A program made the translations under genes and the position numbers. From an uncultured delta proteobacterium (GTDB lineage Bacteria > Desulfobacterota > Binatia > Bin18), in contig CAVTCR010000086.1 of NCBI GenBank assembly GCA_963733195.1, positions 1-64,000 on the forward strand: a stretch of DNA of 64,000 bases, given 5' to 3'. Positions 30,458-39,540 of the stretch are shown here, one piece after another. Numbering within the stretch: the first letter of the stretch is position 1; the number at the start of each line of letters is the position of its first letter. The notes below the pieces were generated by a model. It saw nothing but the letters and a program-made list of their open reading frames with translations, was not told the DNA's origin and searched no databases.

Positions 30458-33002
30458 AGGCAGCACGGCACTCACGTGGATCGGGCTGATGGCCTGGCGC
30501 GATAGTCGTGGCAGTCGGCAGCAATTAGTATTGGCAGCCACGGCGATCACGCTCGGTGTTGCGGCTTTTGTCGCTATCTCCTCTTTTCGCGTCAATGTCC
30601 AAGATGCCGTCAATCAGCAAGCCAAATCGTTGCTTGGGGCAGATCTAGTCATTAGCAGTCAGCAGCCCTTCTCGGCTGACGCGGAGGAGATTTTTACGAC
30701 CATTGCTGGGGAACAATCACGCGAAGTGAACTGTGCCTCGATGGCGTATCTGCCGAAATCAGAAGCGACTCGACTCGTAAATGTGCGTGCGTTGGCTGGT
30801 GACTTCCCCTTCTACGGGTTTCTCGAAACTGTCCCACGTGAGGCTGCACAAACATTTCGTCGTGGGCTCAGTGCGCTGGTTGATGACAGTTTGTTACTGC
30901 AATTCGATGCGCAGGTTGGTGATCCGATTAAAATCGGCGATCTGACGCTACACATTGTCGGACGCCTCAAAAAGATTCCTGGCGAAGCCGCGGCCGCCTC
31001 TTTGATTGGTCCACGTGTGTATATTCCGCTGGAGGTGTTGGAGCAGACTGGGTTACTGCAAAAAGGCAGTCGCGTAACATACAAGGTATACTTCCGACTT
31101 CCCCCACAGGTGCAGGTCGAGCAACTACTGGCACCGATTGCGCCCCAACTGAATGCACTACGATTAGAGAGCGACACCGTCGTGAAACGTGCAGCACGCG
31201 TGGGCAAGGTCATGGACAACCTCTCACGCTTCCTTAGCCTGGTTGGCTTCCTTGCTCTGCTCCTTGGCGGCATCGGCGTTGCCAGTACCATGCACGTGCA
31301 CATGAAAGCTAAGTTGCAAACTATTGCGTTGTTACATTGTGTCGGCGTACAAGCCCAACAGACGTTCGCCATTTATTTGTTACAAGCGGTGAGCATGGGA
31401 CTAGTTGGTGGACTCTTAGGTATCCTCCTAGGAATGAGTGTTCAGACTCTCCTTCCTACGCTGTTACGCGATGTTTTACCCGTAAAGATTGCGGTGGCTG
31501 TATCCTGGAACGCATTGCTCCAAGGATTCCTGGTGAGCGTGGTGACAACGTTATTGTTCGCGGTATTGCCACTACTTTCTATCCGGCAGGTATCGCCACT
31601 GCTCGCGTTTCGTAGTGCCTATGGGAATGACAGTCTGCCATCTATACGTCGTGACCCACAACGAATCGTTATCATTAGCTTGGTTTTTCTTAGTATCTGC
31701 GCCTTCGCCTTCGCGCACACCGAACGTTGGTCACAGGGCCTGTGGTTTTGCCTTGGCTTAGCGTTGACATTCGGCTTACTCTTTCTCGTCGCCAAAGTGC
31801 TCATTGTGGTTGTGCAGCGATATTTCCCCTCTTCGTGGCCCTACGTCTGGCGTCAAGGGCTCGCGAACCTTCATCGCCCTCACAATCAGACACATACTTT
31901 GATCCTCTCACTCGGTGCGGGGACATTTTTTTTGATGACCCTCTATCTACTGCAACAGGCGTTACTTCAGCAAGTGATTCGTACGAACGATGCTGCACAA
32001 CCGAACCTCGTGCTCTTTGATATTCAGAATGACCAACGGGAGAAGATTCGTGCAAGTGTGCGCTCCCTCAGATTACCGGTGTTGCAGGATATTCCCCTAG
32101 TCACTATGCGGTTGTCGACGGTCAAAGGGCGGAACGTAGCCGACCTGCGTGGCGACAAAGAGCTGAACCTGGCTGAGTGGGCATTACAGTGGGAATATCG
32201 CGCGACGTATCGTGACCATCTTCTTGAAACTGAGAAGTTGACCAACGGAGCCTGGCAAGGACGAGCAGAAAACGGCACTAGACCAGTACCGATCTCCCTC
32301 GAAGAGGAAGTCATCCGTGCGTTGAAGGTAACTATTGGTGATGAACTGATTTTTGACGTACAAGGGGTGCCGGTCACCACAATCGTCGGCAGTATTCGCA
32401 AAGTGGACTGGCAACGGGTGCAGACGAACTTTTTTGTCGTATTTCCTGTTGGAGTATTGGAATCTGCTCCGCAGACCTACGCCTTGGTGACGAAAACGAC
32501 TTCAGCAGAGCAATCGGCTGCCCTTCAGCGTGCAGTCGTTCAGCAGTATCCGAACATTTCCGCAATTGATCTCAGCATGCTACTCCAGACTTTGGAAACG
32601 ATTCTGCAACGGATTTCGTTTGCCGTACGTTTCATGGCCTTCTTCAGTATCGTCGCCGGACTTGTGGTGTTGCTGGGTACGGTACTGACAACACGAGCGC
32701 AGCGACGTAAGGAAAACGCATTACTCCGGGTGCTCGGCGCTTCACGCAGTCAGATTCGTCAGATTCTGGCGATCGAGTATCTGTTTGTTGGCGGGTTTGC
32801 TGGCATAACCGGATTACTGCTGGCGTTCATCGGTAGCTGGGCGCTCACCTACTATCTCTTCGAGGTAACGTTTGTTCCAACGGTGCACTCGTTCCTACTC
32901 GCGTTGGGAGTTGTCATGGGTGTCACGATGATAACCGGCATGCTCGGTAGCCGTGGAGTCACTAACCGTTCACCGTTAGAAGTGTTGCGGAGCGAGGGAT
33001 GA
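30450..33002 (+). CDS. ybbP: FtsX/MacB-like ABC permease (YbbP-like)
   Basis: 850 aa, LLGADL, RKVDW...NFFVVF, two TM blocks. Confidence 0.88.
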   Translation: MYKGSTALTWIGLMAWRDSRGSRQQLVLAATAITLGVAAFVAISSFRVNVQDAVNQQAKSLLGADLVISSQQPFSADAEEIFTTIAGEQSREVNCASMAYLPKSEATRLVNVRALAGDFPFYGFLETVPREAAQTFRRGLSALVDDSLLLQFDAQVGDPIKIGDLTLHIVGRLKKIPGEAAAASLIGPRVYIPLEVLEQTGLLQKGSRVTYKVYFRLPPQVQVEQLLAPIAPQLNALRLESDTVVKRAARVGKVMDNLSRFLSLVGFLALLLGGIGVASTMHVHMKAKLQTIALLHCVGVQAQQTFAIYLLQAVSMGLVGGLLGILLGMSVQTLLPTLLRDVLPVKIAVAVSWNALLQGFLVSVVTTLLFAVLPLLSIRQVSPLLAFRSAYGNDSLPSIRRDPQRIVIISLVFLSICAFAFAHTERWSQGLWFCLGLALTFGLLFLVAKVLIVVVQRYFPSSWPYVWRQGLANLHRPHNQTHTLILSLGAGTFFLMTLYLLQQALLQQVIRTNDAAQPNLVLFDIQNDQREKIRASVRSLRLPVLQDIPLVTMRLSTVKGRNVADLRGDKELNLAEWALQWEYRATYRDHLLETEKLTNGAWQGRAENGTRPVPISLEEEVIRALKVTIGDELIFDVQGVPVTTIVGSIRKVDWQRVQTNFFVVFPVGVLESAPQTYALVTKTTSAEQSAALQRAVVQQYPNISAIDLSMLLQTLETILQRISFAVRFMAFFSIVAGLVVLLGTVLTTRAQRRKENALLRVLGASRSQIRQILAIEYLFVGGFAGITGLLLAFIGSWALTYYLFEVTFVPTVHSFLLALGVVMGVTMITGMLGSRGVTNRSPLEVLRSEG

Positions 33003-33005
33003 CAA

Positions 33006-33422
33006 TCATTCAAGGTGTTGGACTCTCCAACCTCGCTGCATCAGATATTCAGAAATATCCTGACGATGACATTCACTCACCCGTTGTTCAGCACACATGA
33101 GACAGAACGGTGGGGCAATAGCTACTAATCGCTCAATTAGTAAATCCCCAGCGCGTTCCAGCAATAGACGGTAGCGCTCACGCCAGCGCTCATCGTCCCT
33201 GAACAGATTGCCAAGTTCGGTGAGGGACACGTAGTCGATCCCTCCCTGTCGCAATAATCCTTGAATGCCCTTCTCTGGTGACTTCGCTTGTGTGTATACG
33301 CCAATGCTGGCACGGTCTGGACGGAGACGGACATCAACAACAGTTTTGACGTGATGCGCCTGGAGGAGTTGCAGAAACTCTTGTGGGTGCCGACCGCCAT
33401 AACCAATAGTGAAGAACTTCAT
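33006..33422 (-). CDS. DUF488 domain protein
   Basis: FTIGYGGR, VDVRLRP, CLMCAE...CHR. Confidence 0.85.
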   Translation of the reverse strand: MKFFTIGYGGRHPQEFLQLLQAHHVKTVVDVRLRPDRASIGVYTQAKSPEKGIQGLLRQGGIDYVSLTELGNLFRDDERWRERYRLLLERAGDLLIERLVAIAPPFCLMCAEQRVSECHRQDISEYLMQRGWRVQHLE

Positions 33423-33495
33423 ACCGACACAGCTCTCAGGCAGACTACATCAAACGACATGAGATTCGTAGGTGTCATTCTAAGCCGTTCGATGA

Positions 33496-33530
33496 GCTCA
33501 CCTGTGCCTGCGGCACTGGCGCAGGCAGGA
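33496..33530. repeat. 35-nt repeat, exact inverted copy at 38304-38338
   Basis: GCTCACCTGTGCCTGCGGCACTGGCGCAGGCAGGA. Confidence 0.85.
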
Positions 33531-33582
33531 TGGGCTCCGCGAATGATCACTTAGAACGATATTTCGTAGAAAGGAAAAATGG

Positions 33583-34308
33583 TTAGTGTGGCTGGACCCT
33601 ATACTCTACTAACTCAGTCACGCTCTTGATGGGAGTCCCCTCGCCTTCATCACTTATCGCGCGTACCAAACCGACCCCTGGGGCGTACCATTCAGTGTGA
33701 TGTAAATCAAACGACGTCAGTTTTTTGGTCTTGGGATCGGGAAGCTGGTTAGCAGTCACCGTCTCAACTCGCAAACAGTTACGAAACACCCCCCCAACAA
33801 CGCGGACTTCTTCTGGATCAATCCGCGCCGTGGCAACGGAACTTGAATGCTGCCGCCCGCTTAGCGGCCATATGTCCGCTTGCGTCTGTATTGGCCAGGT
33901 TGCCTCTCCCAGATACGGGCTCGGAAGAATCTGCTCTGCTCCCTGGCCAAGTTTGGTATCCCAGACTTTCGTACCATTGGAATCGAGCCACGGGTAACGA
34001 TGCAGAAAACCGTCCTTGCGAAAGTATGCAACCGTACTTTTCGCCTCTGGTGCGGTGGTTGTTAGCGGTTCGTACTCCTCGGAAACGACAAACGACTTCC
34101 CGCCGGGGAGTTGTAACCCATCATCAACAACGGTCTCGGTCATGTAGTAGATATAATCCCCACCAGAAAACACCACCAAATGCTTCCAGCGGTTGTTTTT
34201 TGCCAGCGGGAAGAAATCAGGCACCTCGGGAGATTTGGGCGCCAGCGTGAAAGCAACTGCTACGACCACGAGGAAGAGAGAGGAGATTGTGGTGAGCGTT
34301 TTCAGCAT
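33583..34308 (-). CDS. Hypothetical exported beta-rich protein
   Basis: N-terminal hydrophobic segment, FFPLA..N.W, EEVRV.GG.F.NC, WYAPGVGLV. Confidence 0.7.
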   Translation of the reverse strand: MLKTLTTISSLFLVVVAVAFTLAPKSPEVPDFFPLAKNNRWKHLVVFSGGDYIYYMTETVVDDGLQLPGGKSFVVSEEYEPLTTTAPEAKSTVAYFRKDGFLHRYPWLDSNGTKVWDTKLGQGAEQILPSPYLGEATWPIQTQADIWPLSGRQHSSSVATARIDPEEVRVVGGVFRNCLRVETVTANQLPDPKTKKLTSFDLHHTEWYAPGVGLVRAISDEGEGTPIKSVTELVEYRVQPH

Positions 34309-34414
34309 GTGGGTACTATACTGTGTGGGGTGTCGTCGAGCAACACAAAAATATCAAGAAACCAGTTTTCACAAATTGCCCCGTTGGGGGTCTTGTGTAT
34401 ATGTGATGGGAGCA

Positions 34415-35011
34415 ATGAGCGTTCGACAACAACAGGAACAGAAGCTCCCCTTTGTGGAGATTGTCTCCCTCCACCAGGAGGCGGTGTACGGGTATTTGTT
34501 ACGTTTCACTCGCAATGTCCATGATGCGCAGGATCTGTTTCAGGAGACGTTTCTGCGAGCGTATCGTGCCTACCCTGCACTCCCAAGAGATGCTGACGTC
34601 CGTGCTTGGCTTCTGCGGATTGCAGTGAATGTCTCAAAAAACTATGTACGTGATCGTCAACGCCGCACCAGGGTATTAGTCGATGAAGAACAGGGACAAG
34701 GCAATGATAGTTCAGTATCTACGAAAAGCACCACAGATACGGAGCAAACCATGATTGCACGTGAAACAGCCCGAACTCTCCTAGCAACGATTGAGACTCT
34801 GCCGTTTCATCAGCGATCAGCATTGGTTCAACGGCAATTTGAAGGGCTCGATTACGACACGATTGCGAACAATCTTGACTGTTCCCCAGAAAGTGCACGA
34901 GCACATGTCTACCAAGCCTTACGCAAACTCCGTCTTTCACTCTCTTCGGATAATTCGCAGTCAACAATTCTTCCTCAGCAATCGTTCGCCCCTTCTCGTC
35001 AATCGGAGTAA
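34415..35011 (+). CDS. ECF RNA polymerase sigma factor
   Basis: Region 2 DAQDLFQETFLRAY, AWLLRIAVN; region 4 LPFHQRSALV..EGLDYDTIA...SARAHVYQALRKLR; start 34406 or 34415. Confidence 0.92.
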   Translation: MSVRQQQEQKLPFVEIVSLHQEAVYGYLLRFTRNVHDAQDLFQETFLRAYRAYPALPRDADVRAWLLRIAVNVSKNYVRDRQRRTRVLVDEEQGQGNDSSVSTKSTTDTEQTMIARETARTLLATIETLPFHQRSALVQRQFEGLDYDTIANNLDCSPESARAHVYQALRKLRLSLSSDNSQSTILPQQSFAPSRQSE

Positions 35012-35015
35012 CACT

Positions 35016-35984
35016 ATGCGAAACAATTCTGTACGTCGGCTTCTCTGCGGTTTTACGGAAAATGATCTCATTGCCGAAGCTTTTGGCGAGGCTCCATCCC
35101 ATACGAGTCTTCGCGTCCGTACGCACTTGCTTGGTTGCACTTCGTGTCCTGCGCTGTTGGAACAATACCGTTCTTTACACCAGCAATTGATTGACTTATC
35201 AAATCAAGGAGACTCTATGCGTGGGTTACCAGAAGCTCGGCGTGCTCTTGATCATCATTTTACGAATCAGACCCGCCCTCGCCTGTTCCTTGATGTATGG
35301 CACTCTCCCGTGGGTGATATCCGCATCGGTAAGACGGACAAAGGCGTGGCACTGGTGGAGTTTGTCCGGTCAGATGAGAAGAAATCACCGGGTGATTCTT
35401 TACAGGAAACATTTACGATCGAGCATGACAGTACAGCGGTTGCCGACCTCACCAGAAAGTTGGAGGACTACTTCGACGGGAAACGACAAAACTTGGACTG
35501 GATCGTTGATGACACTTTGATGCGAAGCGATTTTCAACGTGAGGTTTTACGAGCCACCACCGAAGTCCCTTATGGTACGGTAGTAACGTACCAGAGCATT
35601 GCCGACACAATTGGTCAGCCTAAAGCTGTGCGCGCAGTAGCGCAGGCGCTTCGGTACAATCCGATCCCTATTCACATCCCGTGTCATCGTGTGATCGGCA
35701 GCGATGGAACACTCACCGGCTATGCAGGAAATTTGACAGCCATCAAAAAGCAGATTCTCGCAGTCGAAGGCATCCCGGTAGTGGAAAATGTGAAAGGACT
35801 CGTAATTGCCAAAGAACGGATGTATGTCGGCTGGCGGCATGACCGCTGCTTCTGTCTCCCGCGTTGTCCGTCGCTTAAGGGACAATCAGCTGGGGACCGA
35901 GCGTTTATTCCCTCACGTGCACGCGCTGAAGTGATGGGATATGCCCCATGTGACGTATGTCAACCACACATGCATGCATTGTGA
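35016..35984 (+). CDS. ogt: Fusion of zinc anti-sigma (zf-HC2) domain, methylated-DNA-protein-cysteine methyltransferase and Ada-type Zn domain
   Basis: HLLGCTSC; FQREVL..VPYG...AVRAVAQAL..NPIPIHIPCHRV; FCLPRC...GYAPCDVCQP; GGAG SD, 4 nt after sigma stop. Confidence 0.88.
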   Translation: MRNNSVRRLLCGFTENDLIAEAFGEAPSHTSLRVRTHLLGCTSCPALLEQYRSLHQQLIDLSNQGDSMRGLPEARRALDHHFTNQTRPRLFLDVWHSPVGDIRIGKTDKGVALVEFVRSDEKKSPGDSLQETFTIEHDSTAVADLTRKLEDYFDGKRQNLDWIVDDTLMRSDFQREVLRATTEVPYGTVVTYQSIADTIGQPKAVRAVAQALRYNPIPIHIPCHRVIGSDGTLTGYAGNLTAIKKQILAVEGIPVVENVKGLVIAKERMYVGWRHDRCFCLPRCPSLKGQSAGDRAFIPSRARAEVMGYAPCDVCQPHMHAL

Positions 35985-36003
35985 CTAATTAACAGGAGGA
36001 GTT

Positions 36004-36396
36004 ATGGCAGGCATTGATCATACGATTATCACCGTCAACAACTACGAACAGGCGAGTCGTTTCTATGGTTGGCTCATGCCAAAGATCGGCTATGCGGGTG
36101 GCGAACAGGACTACGGCAGTATGAAGGGCTGGATGGGAAAGGGTATGAGTTTTTGGATTAAGAAAGCAGACGCACGTTTTGCTTCCGACACATTCAATAA
36201 AGACCGGGTTGGCATCTGTGAAATCGCCTTCAAAGGGGACAGTCGTGCCCAGATCGATTCCCTAGCGAAGGACATCGAAGCGCAAGGTGGAAAAATTCTC
36301 GATCCGCCAAAAGAGTACGATTACGTTCCTGGTTATTACGCCGTGTTTTTCGCTGATCCGGATGGGATCAAGTTGGAAGTCGTGCATGTTCCGTAA
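36004..36396 (+). CDS. VOC/glyoxalase family protein
   Basis: GIDH.IITV, YYAVFFADPDGIKLEVV. Confidence 0.88.
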   Translation: MAGIDHTIITVNNYEQASRFYGWLMPKIGYAGGEQDYGSMKGWMGKGMSFWIKKADARFASDTFNKDRVGICEIAFKGDSRAQIDSLAKDIEAQGGKILDPPKEYDYVPGYYAVFFADPDGIKLEVVHVP

Positions 36397-36466
36397 GACA
36401 GCGACATTGTAGGGGCACGGTGATGCCGTGCCCTGTGACAATGCGAGTACAAAGAAAGAAGAGAAC

Positions 36467-36787
36467 ATGGCTGTCTTTGCTATTTTCACTTATGACGTGA
36501 AACCAGGGCGGATGGGCGATTTTCTGGCAAAGCTTGGGGAAGCGGCCAGTCCGAAGTTCAACAGCTCAGTCATGCCAAAATCGGTTCGCCTGTTCCGCAA
36601 TACGGTGCCAGGGCCAGACTCGAACTCAGTCATTCTCTTTATTGAATATGAAGATATGGCCGCGTACGGTGCGCGCACGACGTTTGAGAATGGTAGCCAG
36701 GAGTGGAAAGCACTTTTTGCCAGCAAATCAGATTCTCCAGAAACGCTCGTGTCTGTGCAATTACTGACCGAATTCACTCCGCAGTAA
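36467..36787 (+). CDS. Hypothetical dimeric alpha/beta-barrel-like protein
   Basis: YDVKPGRM..F, IEYEDMAAYG pattern. Confidence 0.6.
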   Translation: MAVFAIFTYDVKPGRMGDFLAKLGEAASPKFNSSVMPKSVRLFRNTVPGPDSNSVILFIEYEDMAAYGARTTFENGSQEWKALFASKSDSPETLVSVQLLTEFTPQ

Positions 36788-36938
36788 TGCGAAGGAGGTC
36801 CGAAGAGTGACTCCAGAAGACTTTGCCCGAAAGATCAACGAATGGGCCCGTGGGACTTATGATTGAGAGTCACGGCACAAGATTCCTCTCCGCTTCCGCG
36901 CTTGTGCAAACGCCCCCTTTGGTATACACAGCCCAACC

Positions 36939-37835
36939 ATGAAACCAGTGATCGCCGTCGGTACTGGGCTGTTCATTGTGCTGCTCGGCTTCTTATCTCT
37001 GAGTTGTAACCGGTCCGAACCCACACAACCTTCACCTATCACACAAGCCCCTTCCACTGACAAAGACTCTCCTACCGACCAGCCGAACACTGGCTCTGCA
37101 CCACAAGACCTGCAAAAAGATGTCGATGCAATTATCCACGCAGTGGAGGCACTGGATGTTCCGCAGGCGTTAGCAGGTTATGCAGAGGATTACACGAGTG
37201 GCACTGGTCGTTCGAAAGATAGCGTGCGTGAAGTATTGACTCGACTGCAAGAGGGCCATGTCAATATCACAGTGGAAAAGACGGAGATCGAAGAAGCTAC
37301 CGCAGACAAAGCGAAGATGAAGACTCAGATTCGTCTCCGTTACAAAGATACTTTCCGTGATATGGCCGAAGGTGAAGTGATCGTCACTGATATTCTTCGT
37401 CACTTCTTGCGCAAAGAGAACGATCATTGGAAGATTTACACCGACGAGCGACTCTCGACCTATCGTGAAGGACGCTTTGGTGAACAGTCTCCAAACATAC
37501 GGCTCGAGGTGCCGGCGAGACTACCTACGGACACGAGTTATCCCGTTACTGTTTCCGTTCAACGAGATGCGGACAAGAATTACCAAGTGATGGTTGGTCA
37601 CTATCCAGAGGATCCTGCATTCCTTCCGCCTCCTGATGTTGTGACTGAGCTTCCCGAGGACGGCGTCTTGACGGCGAATCTGCCGCGCAACCAAAACGGT
37701 GAGAGCGAAATGGTGCGGATCACCGTGATTGTCGAAGATCGGGAAGGTAACTGGGTAGGCACAACGACGGTGTCAAAGTTTGTTCCCGGCCTACAGCAAG
37801 GAAAAGAAGACGAAGAGGATCAAGCTGTCATTTAA
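36939..37835 (+). CDS. Lipoprotein with NTF2-like domain
   Basis: LSLSC lipobox, Pro/Thr linker, YAEDY...LRKENDHWKI. Confidence 0.65.
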   Translation: MKPVIAVGTGLFIVLLGFLSLSCNRSEPTQPSPITQAPSTDKDSPTDQPNTGSAPQDLQKDVDAIIHAVEALDVPQALAGYAEDYTSGTGRSKDSVREVLTRLQEGHVNITVEKTEIEEATADKAKMKTQIRLRYKDTFRDMAEGEVIVTDILRHFLRKENDHWKIYTDERLSTYREGRFGEQSPNIRLEVPARLPTDTSYPVTVSVQRDADKNYQVMVGHYPEDPAFLPPPDVVTELPEDGVLTANLPRNQNGESEMVRITVIVEDREGNWVGTTTVSKFVPGLQQGKEDEEDQAVI

Positions 37836-37841
37836 CTGTTG

Positions 37842-38219
37842 ATGCATTCCACGATGGCCGAGCGTCGCCCTCGTTTTTACACCTATGTGTATCGCCTTGT
37901 AGCCCAGGTGCCCAAAGGTAAAGTCGTCACTTATGGTCAGGTGGCAGCACTCCTTGGCGTTCCGCGTGCCGCGCGCGCTGTGGGGATGGCTCTTCGTTAT
38001 CTTCCCCGTGAGCTCTCACAACAAGTTCCCTGGCAGCGAGTGATCAATTCCTCGGGAGGAATCAGTATTCGCGGTGACGTCATCCGCGTCGAGGAACAGC
38101 GCTGGTTGTTAGAGCATGAAGGCATCAGATTTGACCGCTCTGGGAAGGTCGACCTGAAAAAATATTGCTGGCAAGGACCGAAGCAGGTTAGACCACCAAA
38201 ATGGAAAGCGAAGCTCTAA
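37842..38219 (+). CDS. atl: Alkyltransferase-like (ATL/YbaZ, MGMT family) protein
   Basis: VPKGKVVTYGQVA...ARAVG, VPWQRVINS (Trp replaces the acceptor Cys). Confidence 0.88.
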   Translation: MHSTMAERRPRFYTYVYRLVAQVPKGKVVTYGQVAALLGVPRAARAVGMALRYLPRELSQQVPWQRVINSSGGISIRGDVIRVEEQRWLLEHEGIRFDRSGKVDLKKYCWQGPKQVRPPKWKAKL

Positions 38220-38250
38220 ATTGAACGATAAAGGGTTGATCCAGCGGACT

Positions 38251-38364
38251 TGTCACCCTGAGTGAAACGAAGGGTCTCTCAGAGAGATTCTTTGCGGAGC
38301 CTGTCCTGCCTGCGCCAGTGCCGCAGGCACAGGTGAGCGTAGTCGAAGGGGGCTCAGAATGACA
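38251..38364. repeat. Composite palindromic REP-like element
   Basis: TGTCACCCTGAG...CTCAGAATGACA with nested inserts. Confidence 0.8.
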
Positions 38365-38411
38365 CGCCGAAGGGCTGTAGCGTCAAGTGTACGAATGACA
38401 TGTACTCTGGA

Positions 38412-39488
38412 TTAGCCGACTTCTTTCCACTCACCAGTACGAAAAAACTCCTCCATCTGGTCGTAGTAGGGCTGGATATTGTACCCGCCGGTTTTTAGCC
38501 ATTCGTCGTTATAGTAAGTGTGGAGATAACGATCCCCAGGATCACAGATCAGCGTGACAACAGAGCCGTGACGGTGTTGCTTCTGCATTTCTGCAATCAG
38601 TTGAAGAACACCAAAGAAGTTTGTCCCGGTTGAACCGCCGCATTTGCGCCCAATTACCCGATGCAAGAACCGCAGCGCAGCAAAGCTGGCAGCATCAGGT
38701 ACTTCGATCATACGATCAACGATGTCGGGCAAAAAAGATGCTTCTACTCGGGGCCGTCCAATGCCTTCTACTCTAGAACCAGTTTGGTAAACTATGCTGT
38801 GATCTCGAGTCCGATAGAAATCGCCATACACCGAGTGCTCGGGATCAACAACACAGATACGCGTATGCGCGCGACGATAACGCACATAGCGTCCAAGAGT
38901 GGCTGAGGTACCGCCAGTGCCAGCACCACAAACAATCCATTCAGGAATTGGGTGCTCCTCTGCTGCCATTTGGGCGAAGATCGATTCCGCAATGTTATTA
39001 TTGCCACGCCAGTCGGTCGCACGTTCAGAGTAAGTGAATTGATCCATAAAATGGCCGCCGGTTTCAGCAGCTAATCGCCGGGACTCGGCGTACACTTCAG
39101 CAGGGGTTTCGACCAAGTGACAGCGACCACCATAAAACTCAATGAGCGCAATTTTCTCAGGTGAAGTCGAGCGTGGCATAACAGCAATAAAACGAAGGCC
39201 CAGGAGCTGGGCAAAGTACGCCTCTGACACTGCGGTTGACCCTGACGAGGCTTCCACGACTACCGTATTTTCATGAATCCAGCCGTTACACAGCGCATAG
39301 AGAAAGAGCGATCGTGCTAATCTATGCTTGAGACTTCCAGTTGGGTGAATCGATTCGTCCTTGAAGTAGAGCGTAATACCCGGCACAGATGGTATGATCA
39401 GCCTGAGCAAATGTGTGTCAGCGGAGCGATTGAAATCCGCTTCAATCTTCCGTATGGCTTCGTTCACCCAATCACGTTGGAGCGCCAT
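38412..39488 (-). CDS. cds1: PLP-dependent cysteine synthase family, Cds1-type cysteine desulfhydrase
   Basis: [40 protein letters not shown]. Confidence 0.82.
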   Translation of the reverse strand: MALQRDWVNEAIRKIEADFNRSADTHLLRLIIPSVPGITLYFKDESIHPTGSLKHRLARSLFLYALCNGWIHENTVVVEASSGSTAVSEAYFAQLLGLRFIAVMPRSTSPEKIALIEFYGGRCHLVETPAEVYAESRRLAAETGGHFMDQFTYSERATDWRGNNNIAESIFAQMAAEEHPIPEWIVCGAGTGGTSATLGRYVRYRRAHTRICVVDPEHSVYGDFYRTRDHSIVYQTGSRVEGIGRPRVEASFLPDIVDRMIEVPDAASFAALRFLHRVIGRKCGGSTGTNFFGVLQLIAEMQKQHRHGSVVTLICDPGDRYLHTYYNDEWLKTGGYNIQPYYDQMEEFFRTGEWKEVG

Positions 39489-39540
39489 TGCCTCGTTCCT
39501 CCTTAGGTCTTGATAGTATTGTTATTTGTGGAAATGTGCG

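Noticed and set aside
34791-35015. N-terminal extension of the Ogt fusion overlapping the sigma gene
   Set aside because: Off-frame overlap; ATG 35016 has an SD and begins the ZAS domain.
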